64,000 bases of DNA from an uncultured Acidobacteriota bacterium (GCA_963822445.1 CAWGHO010000002.1:480001-544000), one strand, 5' to 3'; counted from the first letter of the stretch, positions 18,961 to 29,150 are shown. Notes: a model not told the origin generated them from the letters alone. Program-made: numbers and translations.

Positions 18961-19968
18961 TCAAAGCTCGTCCGCGGGCTCTTCGTCCTTGATGACCGTC
19001 GTGTGATGCTCCGGTATGTGGGTCGGATCCGGCAAAGCCGGCTCCTCGGGGACCATCCGCGCGTGAATGAGCGAGGCCACGATCGACGCGACCAGAACGC
19101 CGCAGATGACCACGAGCGACCAGACCACCGGGATGTGATAGACGCCGGAGATGAGCATCTTCACGCCGACGAAGACCAGCACCACCGCCAGGCCGACTTT
19201 GAGGTAGTGGAACTTGTCCATCGAGCCGGCGAGGAGAAAGTAGAGCGAGCGCAGTCCGAGAATGGCGAAGACGTTCGAGGTGTAGACGATGAATGGGTCG
19301 GTGGTCACCGCGAAGATGGCCGGAATCGAATCGACGGCGAAGATCAGATCGCTGGTCTCGACGATCACCAGCACCAGCATGAGCGGCGTCGCCCACCACT
19401 TGCCGTCCCGTTTGACGAACATGTGGTTCTTTTCGTACGTGGGCGTGATCCGCGCGAACTTCCGGAACAGGCGCACCACCGCGTTGTCGGACGGATCCTC
19501 CGACTCGTTGTCGCGGGTCAGGAAGATCTTGATGCCGGTGTAGACCAGGAACGCGCCGAAGATGTAGAGGATCCAGCTGAACCGCTCGATCAGGGCCGCG
19601 CCCAGGCCGATGAAGATGCCGCGCATGAGCAGGGCGCCGAGGATTCCCCAGAACAGAACGCGGTGCTGATAGGCGGCCGGCACGCGGAAGCTCGAAAAGA
19701 TCAGGATGAAGACGAAGATGTTGTCGACGCTCAGCGACTTTTCGATGATGTAGCCGGCCAGGTACTGCATGCCGGCCTCGTTGCCCTTGTAGTAGAAGAC
19801 GCCGGCGCCGAAGAGCAGACCGAAGCTGATCCAGATCACCGTCCAGAGCAGCGCTTCCTTCATCGAGATGACGTGCGACTTCCGATGAAAGATGCCCTGA
19901 TCGAGGGCGAGCATGGTCAGGATCAGAAGGGTGAACAACACCCAGGACAGCGGACCACCAGCAAACAT
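18961..19968 (-). CDS. TerC/Alx family membrane protein
   Basis: EKSLSVDNIFVF, DLIFAVDSIPA, SNVFAILGLRSLYF. Confidence 0.95.
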   Translation of the reverse strand: MFAGGPLSWVLFTLLILTMLALDQGIFHRKSHVISMKEALLWTVIWISFGLLFGAGVFYYKGNEAGMQYLAGYIIEKSLSVDNIFVFILIFSSFRVPAAYQHRVLFWGILGALLMRGIFIGLGAALIERFSWILYIFGAFLVYTGIKIFLTRDNESEDPSDNAVVRLFRKFARITPTYEKNHMFVKRDGKWWATPLMLVLVIVETSDLIFAVDSIPAIFAVTTDPFIVYTSNVFAILGLRSLYFLLAGSMDKFHYLKVGLAVVLVFVGVKMLISGVYHIPVVWSLVVICGVLVASIVASLIHARMVPEEPALPDPTHIPEHHTTVIKDEEPADEL

Positions 19969-20079
19969 TCAGGCTCCAGTCGGGAAAAGCGAGACTCCAC
20001 GCCTTGACGGGGGTGCCTCGCCGTGGGGCGCGGATTATACAAGCGCGCCGGGAGCGGGGTTGAGTAACATCGGCCGCCC

Positions 20080-20772
20080 ATGCCGCCGATCAGCAGCCGC
20101 CAGAATCCGCTCTTCAAGCGAATTCGCGAGGCCATCCGCGAGCATGCCGCGGAGATCGTGATCGAGGGACCGAAGCCGGTCGCCGACGCGATTGCCTGCG
20201 GATGGAAACCGATCGAGGTCATCGAGCGCGGCGTTCACTTCACGCCCGAGCTGTTCGACGCGCTCGCGGAAACGAAAACGCCGCAGAACACGATCGGGCT
20301 CTTCGAACGGCCGTCGGCCTCGGCGGCGGCGATTCTCGATCGGCGCGAGACCATCGCCATCGCCCTCGATGCGGTTCAGGATCCGGGCAATGTCGGAACG
20401 ATCGTGCGGCTGGCCGCGGCGTTCGATGCCGCGGGCGTGCTGCTGCTGCCCGGTTGCGCCGATCCGTTCGGACCGAAGGCGATCCGCTCGTCGGTCGGCG
20501 CGATTCTGAACGTGCCCGTCGCGCCGATCACCGTGCGCGAACTGCTCGATGCGCGGGTGAATCTCGTCGCCGCGGACATGAGCGGCGCCGTCGGCGATCC
20601 GCCGTCGCGCGACGCGGTGTTCGTCTTCGGCAACGAAGGCGCGGGTGTGTCGGATGAGTTGATGCGTGCCGCGCGCACGATCGCCATTCCCATGTCCGCA
20701 CGTGTGGAATCACTCAACGTCGCATCGTCCGCGGCGATCCTGCTTTCTCGCAGCTTCACCCTACGAACATGA
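20080..20772 (+). CDS. TrmH/SpoU family RNA methyltransferase
   Basis: QDPGNVGTIVR, FGNEGAG, IPM...ESLNVA. Confidence 0.93.
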   Translation: MPPISSRQNPLFKRIREAIREHAAEIVIEGPKPVADAIACGWKPIEVIERGVHFTPELFDALAETKTPQNTIGLFERPSASAAAILDRRETIAIALDAVQDPGNVGTIVRLAAAFDAAGVLLLPGCADPFGPKAIRSSVGAILNVPVAPITVRELLDARVNLVAADMSGAVGDPPSRDAVFVFGNEGAGVSDELMRAARTIAIPMSARVESLNVASSAAILLSRSFTLRT

Positions 20773-21593
20773 CCGGCAAGCTCCTCATCGTCGGCACCCC
20801 CCTCGGCAATCTCTCCGACATGTCGCCGCGAGCCGTCGACGCGCTCAAGTCCGCGGATCTCATCCTCTGCGAAGACACGCGGCACACGCGGAAGCTGCTC
20901 AATCACTTCGGCATCGATCGGCCGACCGACAGCTATCACGAGCACAACGAGGACGCGAAGGCGGCGTCGCTGATCGAGCGGATCGAAGGCGGCCAGACCC
21001 TCGCGCTGGTGAGCGACGCGGGCATGCCGGTCGTCTCCGATCCCGGCTATCGCATCGTTCGCCTGGCGCGCGAGCGCGAGCTCACCGTCGAGCCGATCCC
21101 CGGTCCGTTCGCGGGAGTCCTCGCCCTCGCCGCGAGCGGCATCGCCCCGCTTCCCTTCACCTTCCTCGGCTTCACACCGCATCGCCAGGGCGAGCGTCTC
21201 GATTTCTACCGGACCGCGGCGGAGCTCGGGCACACGGTCGTGATCTACGAATCGCCGGAACGCGTCATCGCCTCCCTCGAGGACGCCCTCGAGGTCCTCG
21301 GCGACACAGACGTCACCGTCGCCCGCGAGATGACCAAGATGCATGAGGAACTGCTGAACGGGACGATCTCAGAAGTGCTTGCGTCCTTGCGCGAACGCGA
21401 CCGCGTGCATGGCGAGATCACGATCGTCCTCGGAGCGCGGGCACGCGAGGCTGCGGAAGTCTCGACGGAAGAGTTGCGCGCGGAGTTCGACCGACTGCGC
21501 GAGAGCGGCATGCGCCGGAACGACGCGGTGAAGGCGGTCGCGGAGAAGTTCGGGATGCGGAAGAACGACGTTTACCGTTTGCTCGCCGGCTGA
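20769..21593 (+). CDS. rsmI: 16S rRNA (C1402-2'-O)-methyltransferase
   Basis: TPLGNLSD, CEDTRHT, VSDAGMPVVSDPG, YESPER, AREMTKMHEE. Confidence 0.96.
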   Translation: MTGKLLIVGTPLGNLSDMSPRAVDALKSADLILCEDTRHTRKLLNHFGIDRPTDSYHEHNEDAKAASLIERIEGGQTLALVSDAGMPVVSDPGYRIVRLARERELTVEPIPGPFAGVLALAASGIAPLPFTFLGFTPHRQGERLDFYRTAAELGHTVVIYESPERVIASLEDALEVLGDTDVTVAREMTKMHEELLNGTISEVLASLRERDRVHGEITIVLGARAREAAEVSTEELRAEFDRLRESGMRRNDAVKAVAEKFGMRKNDVYRLLAG

Positions 21594-21603
21594 TCGATTT
21601 TCA

Positions 21604-21714
21604 GTTTATCCCGCGCGAAGACGCGGGATCTCTTCGTGCACCGGCACGACCGCAGCGACGGGCGCGAGCTGCATCAGTGCGCGGTGAGATCCCGCGTCTG
21701 CGCGCGGGATAAAC
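21604..21714. repeat. REP-like inverted repeat pair between convergent genes
   Basis: 29-bp arms GTTTATCCCGCGCGAAGACGCGGGATCTC / GAGATCCCGCGTCTGCGCGCGGGATAAAC with 1 mismatch. Confidence 0.8.
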
Positions 21715-21726
21715 TCTGAACGGTTG

Positions 21727-22347
21727 TCAGTCACGCTTATCCAACAACACCGCCCGCGCGAACTTGATGAAGTAGTCGACGCCGGACGACAGCGCGAACA
21801 ACATCACCGCCCACAGCGCGATCTTGCCGGTCAGGCGCAGCTCGCCGAGGGTCGCGCCGAGGATCAGCAGGCCGATGGCGATGACCTGGGAAATCATCTT
21901 TCCCTTCCCCAGCGGCGACGCGGCGATGGTCACCCCCTGCTGCGCGGCAATGGAGCGGAGGCCGGAGACGGCGAACTCCCGGCCGATGATGATCACCACC
22001 ATCCAGGCCGGCACGTGTACGGGATCCATCTCCACCAGCGAGATGAACGCGGCCGACATCAGAAGCTTGTCGGCGATGGGATCGAGCAGGGTTCCCATCC
22101 TGGTGATCTGCCCCCGCCGGCGGGCGAAGTAGCCGTCGAGGAAATCGGTGACCGCGGCCACGAGGAAGATGGCCAGCCCGACGAACTCGCGGCCGTCGAA
22201 CTTGGTCAGCAGGACGACGACCAGGAAGGGGACGAGGAAAATGCGCAGGAGGGTAAGCGAGTTCGGGAGGTTCCAGATCTCGGTTGAAATGCTCTCGCGC
22301 GGGGCGGGCTCTGGCCGCTCGACTAGACGCGGCGTGGGGGTCGACAT
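21727..22347 (-). CDS. pgsA: CDP-diacylglycerol--glycerol-3-phosphate 3-phosphatidyltransferase
   Basis: NLPNSLTLLR, TDFLDGYFARR, LDPIADKLL, REFAVSGLR. Confidence 0.95.
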   Translation of the reverse strand: MSTPTPRLVERPEPAPRESISTEIWNLPNSLTLLRIFLVPFLVVVLLTKFDGREFVGLAIFLVAAVTDFLDGYFARRRGQITRMGTLLDPIADKLLMSAAFISLVEMDPVHVPAWMVVIIIGREFAVSGLRSIAAQQGVTIAASPLGKGKMISQVIAIGLLILGATLGELRLTGKIALWAVMLFALSSGVDYFIKFARAVLLDKRD

Positions 22348-22414
22348 CCGCTCGCCAGAATAGTGATTTCCCTCGAAAGTGGGAAGCTTTGCGAATGGAA
22401 TTTCACTCTCTCAA

Positions 22415-22442
22415 TTGACATTCCTCACCCTGCCACTACAAT
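22415..22442 (+). promoter_or_regulatory. Sigma-70 promoter of tRNA-Leu
   Basis: TTGACA-16 bp-TACAAT, 13 bp upstream of the tRNA. Confidence 0.75.
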
Positions 22443-22455
22443 CGCGGTCCCTCTT

Positions 22456-22542
22456 GCCCGGGTGGCGGAATTGGTAGACGCGCAGGTCTCAGAAGCCTGT
22501 CCTCATTAGAGGGTGCTGGTTCGATTCCAGTCCCGGGCACCA
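22456..22542 (+). tRNA. tRNA-Leu(CAG)
   Basis: GCCCGGG/CCCGGGC acceptor stem, GGTAGAC D loop, CAGGT-CTCAGAA-GCCTG anticodon arm, long variable arm, GGTTCGATTCC, 3' ACCA. Confidence 0.96.
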
Positions 22543-22630
22543 GCCGGCCGGTACGACCGGCAGCGCTGAAGGCGCCGCAACGCGGTGCGAATCCTTCCCC
22601 TTGGCTCATGCTTCGCAAGATTGCTAAACG

Positions 22631-23059
22631 ATGAAGCGCCTCGTTTTTCTCACCGCGTTCGCCGTTTTGGCCTGCGATTCCAGCCCTTCCGGCAAGGCCG
22701 CGGCCGCCAAAACGCAGTCGGAAATGCGCACCATCAATGAAGTGGCGCCGCAGCCCGCGAAGCTCGAGCCGCCGCCGATGCTGACCGACGAAGCGCCTCC
22801 GCCGAAGCCGAAGGTTCTGCCGTGGGAAACGCCGACGGCGATCGTCTTCAGCCCCGAGGACGAGAAGCTCCGCGGATCGCTTCCGTTCACTCCCGCCATC
22901 GCCATGGACCCAATCGACGGCAGCAAGCTGTCGATCCGCGCGGTCACGCCGACGGTCGACTACAAAGGCCGCATCTACTACTTCTCGTCCGAGGAGAACA
23001 AGCGGACGTTCATGGCCAACCCCGCTCAGTATCTGACGGGCAGGTTCACGAAGCTGTAG
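22631..23059 (+). CDS. YHS-domain-like lipoprotein
   Basis: VLAC lipobox and DPIDG...YKGRIYYFSSEENKRTFMANPAQY. Confidence 0.8.
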   Translation: MKRLVFLTAFAVLACDSSPSGKAAAAKTQSEMRTINEVAPQPAKLEPPPMLTDEAPPPKPKVLPWETPTAIVFSPEDEKLRGSLPFTPAIAMDPIDGSKLSIRAVTPTVDYKGRIYYFSSEENKRTFMANPAQYLTGRFTKL

Positions 23060-23068
23060 ACCGCGGCG

Positions 23069-23524
23069 CTACGGCGCCGGTCGCGGGGCGGGCGGCGGTG
23101 GCATCTCCGGCTCGGTCTTTCCGCGATGGCACGTCCAGCACAACACGCGCGGCTCGGCAGGAGCGGTTGCCTCGTGGCCTTCCGCGGCTTCGACCCGTGC
23201 CATCCAGGTCGTGTTGATCTCTCTGGCCATCGTGTACATCACCCGCGCGACGCGCTTCTCTTCCTTCGTGTCGGCGGCGAAGTCGAGCTTCTCTTCGGGC
23301 TCGGTCGCGGTGACGACGTGGCAGTGGTTGCAGCGCACGCCGAGGCCGCGGGTGAAGCCTCGCATCGTGGCGAGGAGCTGCTCGCGGGTGATGTCCGGGG
23401 GAAGGACCTGCAGGTTCTTGAATTCTGGGTTCTTCACCACCGTGGCGGGTGCGGTTGCCGTGGGGCTGGTGGATGTCGTACATCCAAGGATGAGGAACCC
23501 GGCGAGAGTTAACGTCTTGTACAT
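23069..23524 (-). CDS. Diheme c-type cytochrome lipoprotein (reaction-centre cytochrome C subunit-like domain)
   Basis: ILGC lipobox, FKNLQVLP, LGVRCNHCH, CWTCHRG. Confidence 0.85.
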   Translation of the reverse strand: MYKTLTLAGFLILGCTTSTSPTATAPATVVKNPEFKNLQVLPPDITREQLLATMRGFTRGLGVRCNHCHVVTATEPEEKLDFAADTKEEKRVARVMYTMAREINTTWMARVEAAEGHEATAPAEPRVLCWTCHRGKTEPEMPPPPAPRPAP

Positions 23525-23566
23525 TGCGCCTCCCGCCGGGCGTCTGTGCAGAAGTCGTGCAGCCCG

Positions 23567-23908
23567 CTACGGAGCCGCCTCGGCCGGCTCGACTCTGACC
23601 GCGAATGCCTGCCCGAGCGTGCAGCCCGCGGCGTCGCTGAGGAGGATGAGAACGGTCGTGTCCATCACCGTCGTCGGCACGCCGCGAATCCGGCCGTTCG
23701 CGGTCAGGTGCAGTCCGTCGGGTAAAGCGCCGTCGATGATCTCGAAGCGGTAAGGGGGTGTCCCGCTCACGGCTTCAATGGTGAAATTGGCGGGCTGGCC
23801 GACGTAAAAAGTGGGAAGCGATTCGGTCTGGTACGTGAGCAGGCACTGGCCTGATGCGAATGTCGGAGCGAGAAGTAAGACTGCGGCGATGAGCAAGAGC
23901 TTCTTCAT
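23567..23908 (-). CDS. Secreted single Ig-like (He_PIG-type) domain protein
   Basis: Signal peptide and GTPPYRF...GALPDGLHL...GRIRGVPT. Confidence 0.8.
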   Translation of the reverse strand: MKKLLLIAAVLLLAPTFASGQCLLTYQTESLPTFYVGQPANFTIEAVSGTPPYRFEIIDGALPDGLHLTANGRIRGVPTTVMDTTVLILLSDAAGCTLGQAFAVRVEPAEAAP

Positions 23909-23982
23909 GATGTTCTCCTCTCGAAAGGGGGAAATCGTACGTCAACGCCATCCGGACGGCAGCGCGTAAAGATGGAATCTAA

Positions 23983-24423
23983 ATGACAGACATTCCTCAC
24001 AAACGGGGCCGCGGACGTCCACGGCGCGAAGGTGCCGATGACGAGATCCTCGCCGTGACCCTGGCCATGCTGCGCGAGAGCGGTTACGGCGCGCTGACCG
24101 TCGACACGATCGCCGAGCTGGCCGGCGTCGCCAAGACCACGCTGTACCGGCGGTGGCCGTCGAAGAGCGCGCTCGTGGCCGCGGCAATCGCGCCACTGGC
24201 GAATGAGTCCGGCGCGAATGACGTCGACGGCATCCTGCGCGAGACCGCCGCGCTGCTGCGATTGTTCGAGGGCGCGGATGCGGAAGCGATCGAGGTGATC
24301 GCCGCGATTTTGCGGCCGCGGCACGAACGGCTGCGCGCTCTGGCCGGCGACGGACGGGCGGACGAGCTGCTCGGCGCGCTGCTGGTGCGGCTGCTCGTTA
24401 CGCGCGAGCCGATGGTACTTTGA
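23983..24423 (+). CDS. TetR family regulator
   Basis: GRPR...TVDTIAELAGVAKTTLYRRWPSK. Confidence 0.9.
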   Translation: MTDIPHKRGRGRPRREGADDEILAVTLAMLRESGYGALTVDTIAELAGVAKTTLYRRWPSKSALVAAAIAPLANESGANDVDGILRETAALLRLFEGADAEAIEVIAAILRPRHERLRALAGDGRADELLGALLVRLLVTREPMVL

Positions 24424-24430
24424 CGCGCGC

Positions 24431-25543
24431 ATGGCCCTCTCCGACATCGAGCTGCTTCAGCGCCTCGTAGCGATCGACTCGACCAGCGCGATCAGCAATC
24501 TGCCCATCGCCGCCGAGCTGGCGAATTACGTCGAGGGCGCCGCGCAATCGATCGAGTACGTGCGCTCTCCGGACGAGGAGAAAGCGAATCTGCTGATCCG
24601 CTTCGGTCCGGAAGGCGACGGCGGTCTGATTCTCTCCGGACACATGGACGCGGTTCCCGCGGTCGAGCCGGACTGGGAGAGCGATCCCTTCACGCTGACC
24701 GAGCGGGAGGATCGCTACGTCGGACGGGGCGCCGCGGACATGAAGGGATTTCTCGCCGTCGCCACGAACGCGGCGGTGGCCGCGGAGTCCCTGCGCGCGC
24801 CGCTCTACCTTCTCTTCACGTACGACGAAGAAGTGGGCACCCTCGGCGCGCGGCATTTCGCCAAGACCTGGGATCGCGAGCGGCCCCTGCCGCGCCACTG
24901 CATCATCGGCGAGCCGACGTCGTTCCGCCCGGTCCGCGCGCACAAGGGACATCTGAAGCTGCGTATCACCACCACCGGCAAGTCCGCGCACAGCGGCTAC
25001 CCGCACCTCGGCGAAAACGCGATCGAAAAAGCGCGGCCGGTGCTCGACGCGCTTTCGAAGCTGCGGCGCGAGCTCGAAGCGGACCGCACCCGGCACGCCG
25101 AGCTCTTCGCCGACGCGCCGTACGTGCCTTTGAATATCGCGACGATTCATGGCGGCACGGCGGTGAACATCGTTCCCGACTCGTGCGCGATCGAAGTGGG
25201 GATCCGGTTGCTGCCGGGCATGACCGGCGAGGCGATGATCGAGCGTGTGCGCGCCGTGATCGGTAATGCAACGCTCGAAATCCTCAGCGAAAGCCCGCCG
25301 ATGCTTCTCGATGCGACCTCCGACATCTACCAGGCAGTTCTGCCGTACGCGACGCGCGGCCGCCCCGAGTCGGTCTCCTTCGCCAGCGACGCCGGCTGGC
25401 TCCAATCCCTCGGCATCGAATGCCTGCTCTTCGGACCGGGCGCGATCGAAGTAGCGCACCGCCCCGACGAGTTCACGCCGAAAGAGGAGTTCCATCGCGC
25501 CGGCGGTATCCTGCGCGAGCTGATCGCGAGGTTCTGCGCGTGA
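24431..25543 (+). CDS. argE: Acetylornithine deacetylase (M20 family)
   Basis: LSGHMDAVP, GRGAADMKGF, YDEEVG, IIGEPT, AHRPDEF. Confidence 0.9.
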   Translation: MALSDIELLQRLVAIDSTSAISNLPIAAELANYVEGAAQSIEYVRSPDEEKANLLIRFGPEGDGGLILSGHMDAVPAVEPDWESDPFTLTEREDRYVGRGAADMKGFLAVATNAAVAAESLRAPLYLLFTYDEEVGTLGARHFAKTWDRERPLPRHCIIGEPTSFRPVRAHKGHLKLRITTTGKSAHSGYPHLGENAIEKARPVLDALSKLRRELEADRTRHAELFADAPYVPLNIATIHGGTAVNIVPDSCAIEVGIRLLPGMTGEAMIERVRAVIGNATLEILSESPPMLLDATSDIYQAVLPYATRGRPESVSFASDAGWLQSLGIECLLFGPGAIEVAHRPDEFTPKEEFHRAGGILRELIARFCA

Positions 25544-25695
25544 CGCGGCAGGTCATCGTAGGGCGGGCGTCCCGCCCGCACCGATCGGGCGGCCCGCCCG
25601 ATCGTATGAGCGCCGGGCGAGCCGCCCGCCGCGAGGCGGGCGAGACGCCCGCCGTACGCTTCGCGAGGTTCTGCGCGTGACGAGGCAGGTCATCG
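25524..25695. repeat. GTAG-type REP doublet flanked by a 35-bp direct repeat
   Basis: 25524-25558 and 25661-25695 differ at one base. The interior is GTAGGGCGGGCGTCCCGCCCGC...GCGGGCGAGACGCCCGCCGTAC. Confidence 0.8.
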
Positions 25696-26924
25696 AAGCC
25701 GATCTCACCTGGACCGGCGGCGCGCTGACGCCCGGCGTGCAGGTGATGGTCGATCACGGCCGCATCGAAGTCGTCGGTGCCCTCGGATTCGACGCAACCC
25801 GGCGCATGAAAGGCCAGGCCCTCCTCCCCGGCTTCGTCAGCGCGCACTCGCACGCGTTCCAGCGCGCCTTGCGCGGACAGGGCGAGACCTTCCCCGCCGG
25901 CTCGGGCTCGTTCTGGAGCTGGCGCGAAGCGATGTATGAGCTCGTGGCCCAACTCGACGAGAACGCGTTTCACGACGCCGTTCGCGCGACGTTCGAAGAA
26001 ATGCGCGGCGCGGGCATCACCACCGTCGGCGAGTTTCACTACCTGCATCACTCCCCCGCCGGCGCCGACTACGCCTTCGATGAGCTCGTGCTGAACGCCG
26101 CGCACGAGGCCGGCATCCGCATCACATTACTCCTGACCTACTACAAGACTGGCGCAATCGGTCAGCCGCTCTCACCGGCGCAAAAGCGATTCGAAACGCG
26201 CAACCTCGAAGAGTTTTTCAAGCAGGTCGATGCGCTGAAACCCGATCCGCACACGCAGACGATCGGCATCGCCGCCCACAGCATCCGCGGCGTGCCGCTC
26301 GAAGACCTCGAGCCGCTGTACGTCGAAGCGAGACGGCGCGGCATGCCGGTGCACATGCACGTCGAAGAGCAGCGCAAAGAAATCGAGGACTGCATCGCCG
26401 CATACGGCCGCACGCCGATGCAGCTTCTCAACGAGCGCCTGCCGAGCTGCGAAGGGTTGACCGCGGTTCACGCGACGCACAGCGATCCCGCGGAGCTGCA
26501 ACGCTTCCTCGACCGCGGCGGCAGCGTCTGCATCACTCCCCTCACCGAAGCAAACCTCGGCGACGGCATCCCCGACGTCACCCCGCTCCTCGCCCACCCC
26601 GACCGCCTCTCCCTCGGCACCGACTCGAACGCGCGGATCTCCTTCCTCGAAGAAATGCGCTGGCTCGAGTACGCGCAGCGGCTGAAGAGCGAGAGCCGCG
26701 GTGTTTATCGCGATGAAGAGGGCCGCAACGCGCCGCGGCTCCTGCAGTTCGCGACCGCCGGCGGCGCGAGATCGCTCGGCATCGACGCGGGTCGCATCGA
26801 AGCCGGCGCGTGCGCGGACTTCATCGCCGTCGACGTCGCCGATCTCGAAACGCTGATCTTCGGCCGCGGCGATGACGCCATCCGCGCTACCTGCGTCGCG
26901 GGGCAGTGGCGGGATCGGGAATGA
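25677..26924 (+). CDS. hutF: Formimidoylglutamate deiminase
   Basis: HSHAFQRALRG, SFWSWREAMY, VGEFHYLHH, HMHVEEQ, TEANLGDG, LGTDSN. Confidence 0.92.
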   Translation: MTRQVIEADLTWTGGALTPGVQVMVDHGRIEVVGALGFDATRRMKGQALLPGFVSAHSHAFQRALRGQGETFPAGSGSFWSWREAMYELVAQLDENAFHDAVRATFEEMRGAGITTVGEFHYLHHSPAGADYAFDELVLNAAHEAGIRITLLLTYYKTGAIGQPLSPAQKRFETRNLEEFFKQVDALKPDPHTQTIGIAAHSIRGVPLEDLEPLYVEARRRGMPVHMHVEEQRKEIEDCIAAYGRTPMQLLNERLPSCEGLTAVHATHSDPAELQRFLDRGGSVCITPLTEANLGDGIPDVTPLLAHPDRLSLGTDSNARISFLEEMRWLEYAQRLKSESRGVYRDEEGRNAPRLLQFATAGGARSLGIDAGRIEAGACADFIAVDVADLETLIFGRGDDAIRATCVAGQWRDRE

Positions 26925-27933
26925 CCACCGTCACGCCGCCGAATCCACCGCCCGGGCGGCGCCGCACCGCGTAACGCGCGTCGTGAATCTCCACGCGAAT
27001 GCCGCGCGGATCGGGAAAGGTCTCGTACCAGGGAAACCGCGCCCAGGTGAGGAAACCGCGGACCGACGGCTCATCGCGCGCCGCCGCCCATTCCGGCGTT
27101 TCCCTCGCCACCGGAATGCGATGGTCGTTCAAACGAAGCGTGCGATCGAGCCAGGTGAAGCGGCCGTAGCGATACGCATCGCCCACTTCCGCGACGACGT
27201 CCCATCGCAGCGGATCGATCGGATGCGGCGCGGCCATCACCCGCTCGACGCCGGGCAACGTCCGCCGGACCTCCATCGCCGTGGCCGCGTGAATCGTCAA
27301 GCGCGCGCCGATGTAGATCGACGCGACGATCAGCGCCGTCGTCGCGAAGGAACGCTTCGCTCGCCACAGCAGCGCGGCGAGAAGAATCAGCGCGACGACC
27401 GCGACGACGATCAGGTATTGCAGATTTCGCCGCGCAACGACCCAGGAGATCGCCGCGGTGAAGAAGATCCATCCGCCGATGAGCCACGGCGTGGGACGAC
27501 GGCCGGCCAGCCATCCGCTTCCGAGGACCAGCCAGAGGAAGGGATCCATGATGTAGACCGAGTCGCCGTAGAACCACGTCCCGCGAAACGGCATCAGCCA
27601 GCGCATGCCGTAGTTGTTCAGCCAGTCCAGCGTCGGGTGGGTGAGGATGGCGATAAAAGAGAGGCCGAGGAGCCAGCGGAAATCGGCGCGGCGGTCGATG
27701 AGCTTCAGAGTCGCCGCCTGGATGAATGGCAGCAGCACGATCGCGAGCACGCCGTGCGTCCAGCCGCGGCGGAATTCGAGCGCGAAGTCCTGATGGCCGG
27801 TGAAGTAGAGGATCGCGTCGACATCCGGAAGATTCGCGCCGATCACCAGCGCCGCCGCGGCCAGCCGCGTTTTCTCACCGAGGGGCGTGGAGGCGAGGTT
27901 TGCGCCGATGAGAGTGTGGGTCAGCGGATCCAT
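26887..27933 (-). CDS. Membrane-bound metal-dependent hydrolase (YdjM-like)
   Basis: MDPLTHTL.G, ANLPDVD, RRGWTH, THPTLDWLNNYG. Confidence 0.88.
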   Translation of the reverse strand: MDPLTHTLIGANLASTPLGEKTRLAAAALVIGANLPDVDAILYFTGHQDFALEFRRGWTHGVLAIVLLPFIQAATLKLIDRRADFRWLLGLSFIAILTHPTLDWLNNYGMRWLMPFRGTWFYGDSVYIMDPFLWLVLGSGWLAGRRPTPWLIGGWIFFTAAISWVVARRNLQYLIVVAVVALILLAALLWRAKRSFATTALIVASIYIGARLTIHAATAMEVRRTLPGVERVMAAPHPIDPLRWDVVAEVGDAYRYGRFTWLDRTLRLNDHRIPVARETPEWAAARDEPSVRGFLTWARFPWYETFPDPRGIRVEIHDARYAVRRRPGGGFGGVTVVIPDPATAPRRR

Positions 27934-28958
27934 CAGAGGAACAGATCGGCGATGGCCAGCGCGATCGGCTGCGGTGTCGGGTCGTTTCGATTGGTCAGAA
28001 CGATGACCGTCAGCCGGCGATCGGGAAAGCGCACGAGCGCGTTGCGAAAGCCGCGCGTCTCACCGGTATGCGAGACCATCCGCTCGCCGCGATGGCTGCT
28101 GATCCGCCAGCCGAAGCCGTAATCGACGCCGTTGGTGCCTGTCGGCGTGCGCGGAATGAACGCGGTCGCGAATCGCTGGTCGTACAGCGCCGCGTCCCAC
28201 TTCGCGAGGTCATCGATGGAGGAGTAAATGCCGCCGTCGCCGAGGACCGCGCTGGTCGTGCTCTGGTCGGTGCGTTTCCACGCGCCATTCTCAAACGAAT
28301 GGCCGTACGCGCGATGGGCGACGGTGGAGATCCCGTCCTCGAACGCCACGGTGTCGCGCATGCCCAGCGGCTCGAAGATGCGCTCGCGCAGGAAGGTCGC
28401 GAAGGTCTGTCCCGACGCGCGCTCGACGATGAGCGCGAGCAGGGAGTAGCCGCTGTTGCTGTACTGATACTTCGTTCCCGGCGCGAAGTAGGAGCGGTCC
28501 TGCGACTCGAGCAGCCGCAGCACATCGGCATCTTTCAATTGCGCGGTCTGCCCCTCGGGCATCACGTCTTCGTAGTCGATCACTCCCGAGGTGTGGGTAA
28601 GGAGCTGCTGGACGGTGATCGCATCCGCCGACGCCGGGAGCGACGGCAGCCATTTCCGCAGGGGATCGTCGAGCGTCATCCTGCCTTCATCGATCAGCGC
28701 AAGAATCGCCGCCGCGGTGAACTGCTTGGTGATCGAAGCAAGCCGGTAATTGGTGGCCTGCGTCGCACGAACCTTCGCGTCGAGATCGGCGAATCCATAC
28801 GCGTTGCGAACGATCGCCTGCCCGTCGCGGATGACCAGCACGGATGCGCCGGGAACGTCCCCGTCGTACGCGCGCATCAGAGTATCGACGTCGTTCGTCA
28901 GATCACGACCTCCGCTTGCGCAGCCGGCGAGAACGAGGAGCACGATGAGCATGCGCAT
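27933..28958 (-). CDS. Serine hydrolase, beta-lactamase class C-like lipoprotein
   Basis: LAGC lipobox, SITK (SxxK), LLTHTSG, YSN, HTG. Confidence 0.9.
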   Translation of the reverse strand: MRMLIVLLVLAGCASGGRDLTNDVDTLMRAYDGDVPGASVLVIRDGQAIVRNAYGFADLDAKVRATQATNYRLASITKQFTAAAILALIDEGRMTLDDPLRKWLPSLPASADAITVQQLLTHTSGVIDYEDVMPEGQTAQLKDADVLRLLESQDRSYFAPGTKYQYSNSGYSLLALIVERASGQTFATFLRERIFEPLGMRDTVAFEDGISTVAHRAYGHSFENGAWKRTDQSTTSAVLGDGGIYSSIDDLAKWDAALYDQRFATAFIPRTPTGTNGVDYGFGWRISSHRGERMVSHTGETRGFRNALVRFPDRRLTVIVLTNRNDPTPQPIALAIADLFL

Positions 28959-29150
28959 GCGCGCGGGATTGTACGAGCTGTGTCGTTGGCACCGGCGACC
29001 GGGAGCGCCTCCCGGCGGGGCGGCCACGGGCCGCAGCGCTGGTTGTGCCTTCTGCCGAGATAGCGGTAGCTAGCGCGGATCGCGTTCACGCCAACATCAG
29101 CGCTGCGGCCCGTGGCCGCCCGCCGGAGGCCTCTCGGGCGCCGTTGCCAC

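Noticed and set aside
22456-22542. tRNA-Sec (TCA) reading of the anticodon loop, and use of the tRNA as an island attachment site
   Set aside because: The 7-nt loop CT-CAG-AA centres on CAG (Leu). No duplicate of the tRNA 3' end was seen in the window.
23069-23524. Photosynthesis gene (pufC)
   Set aside because: It is only a small diheme domain with no puf or bch genes nearby.
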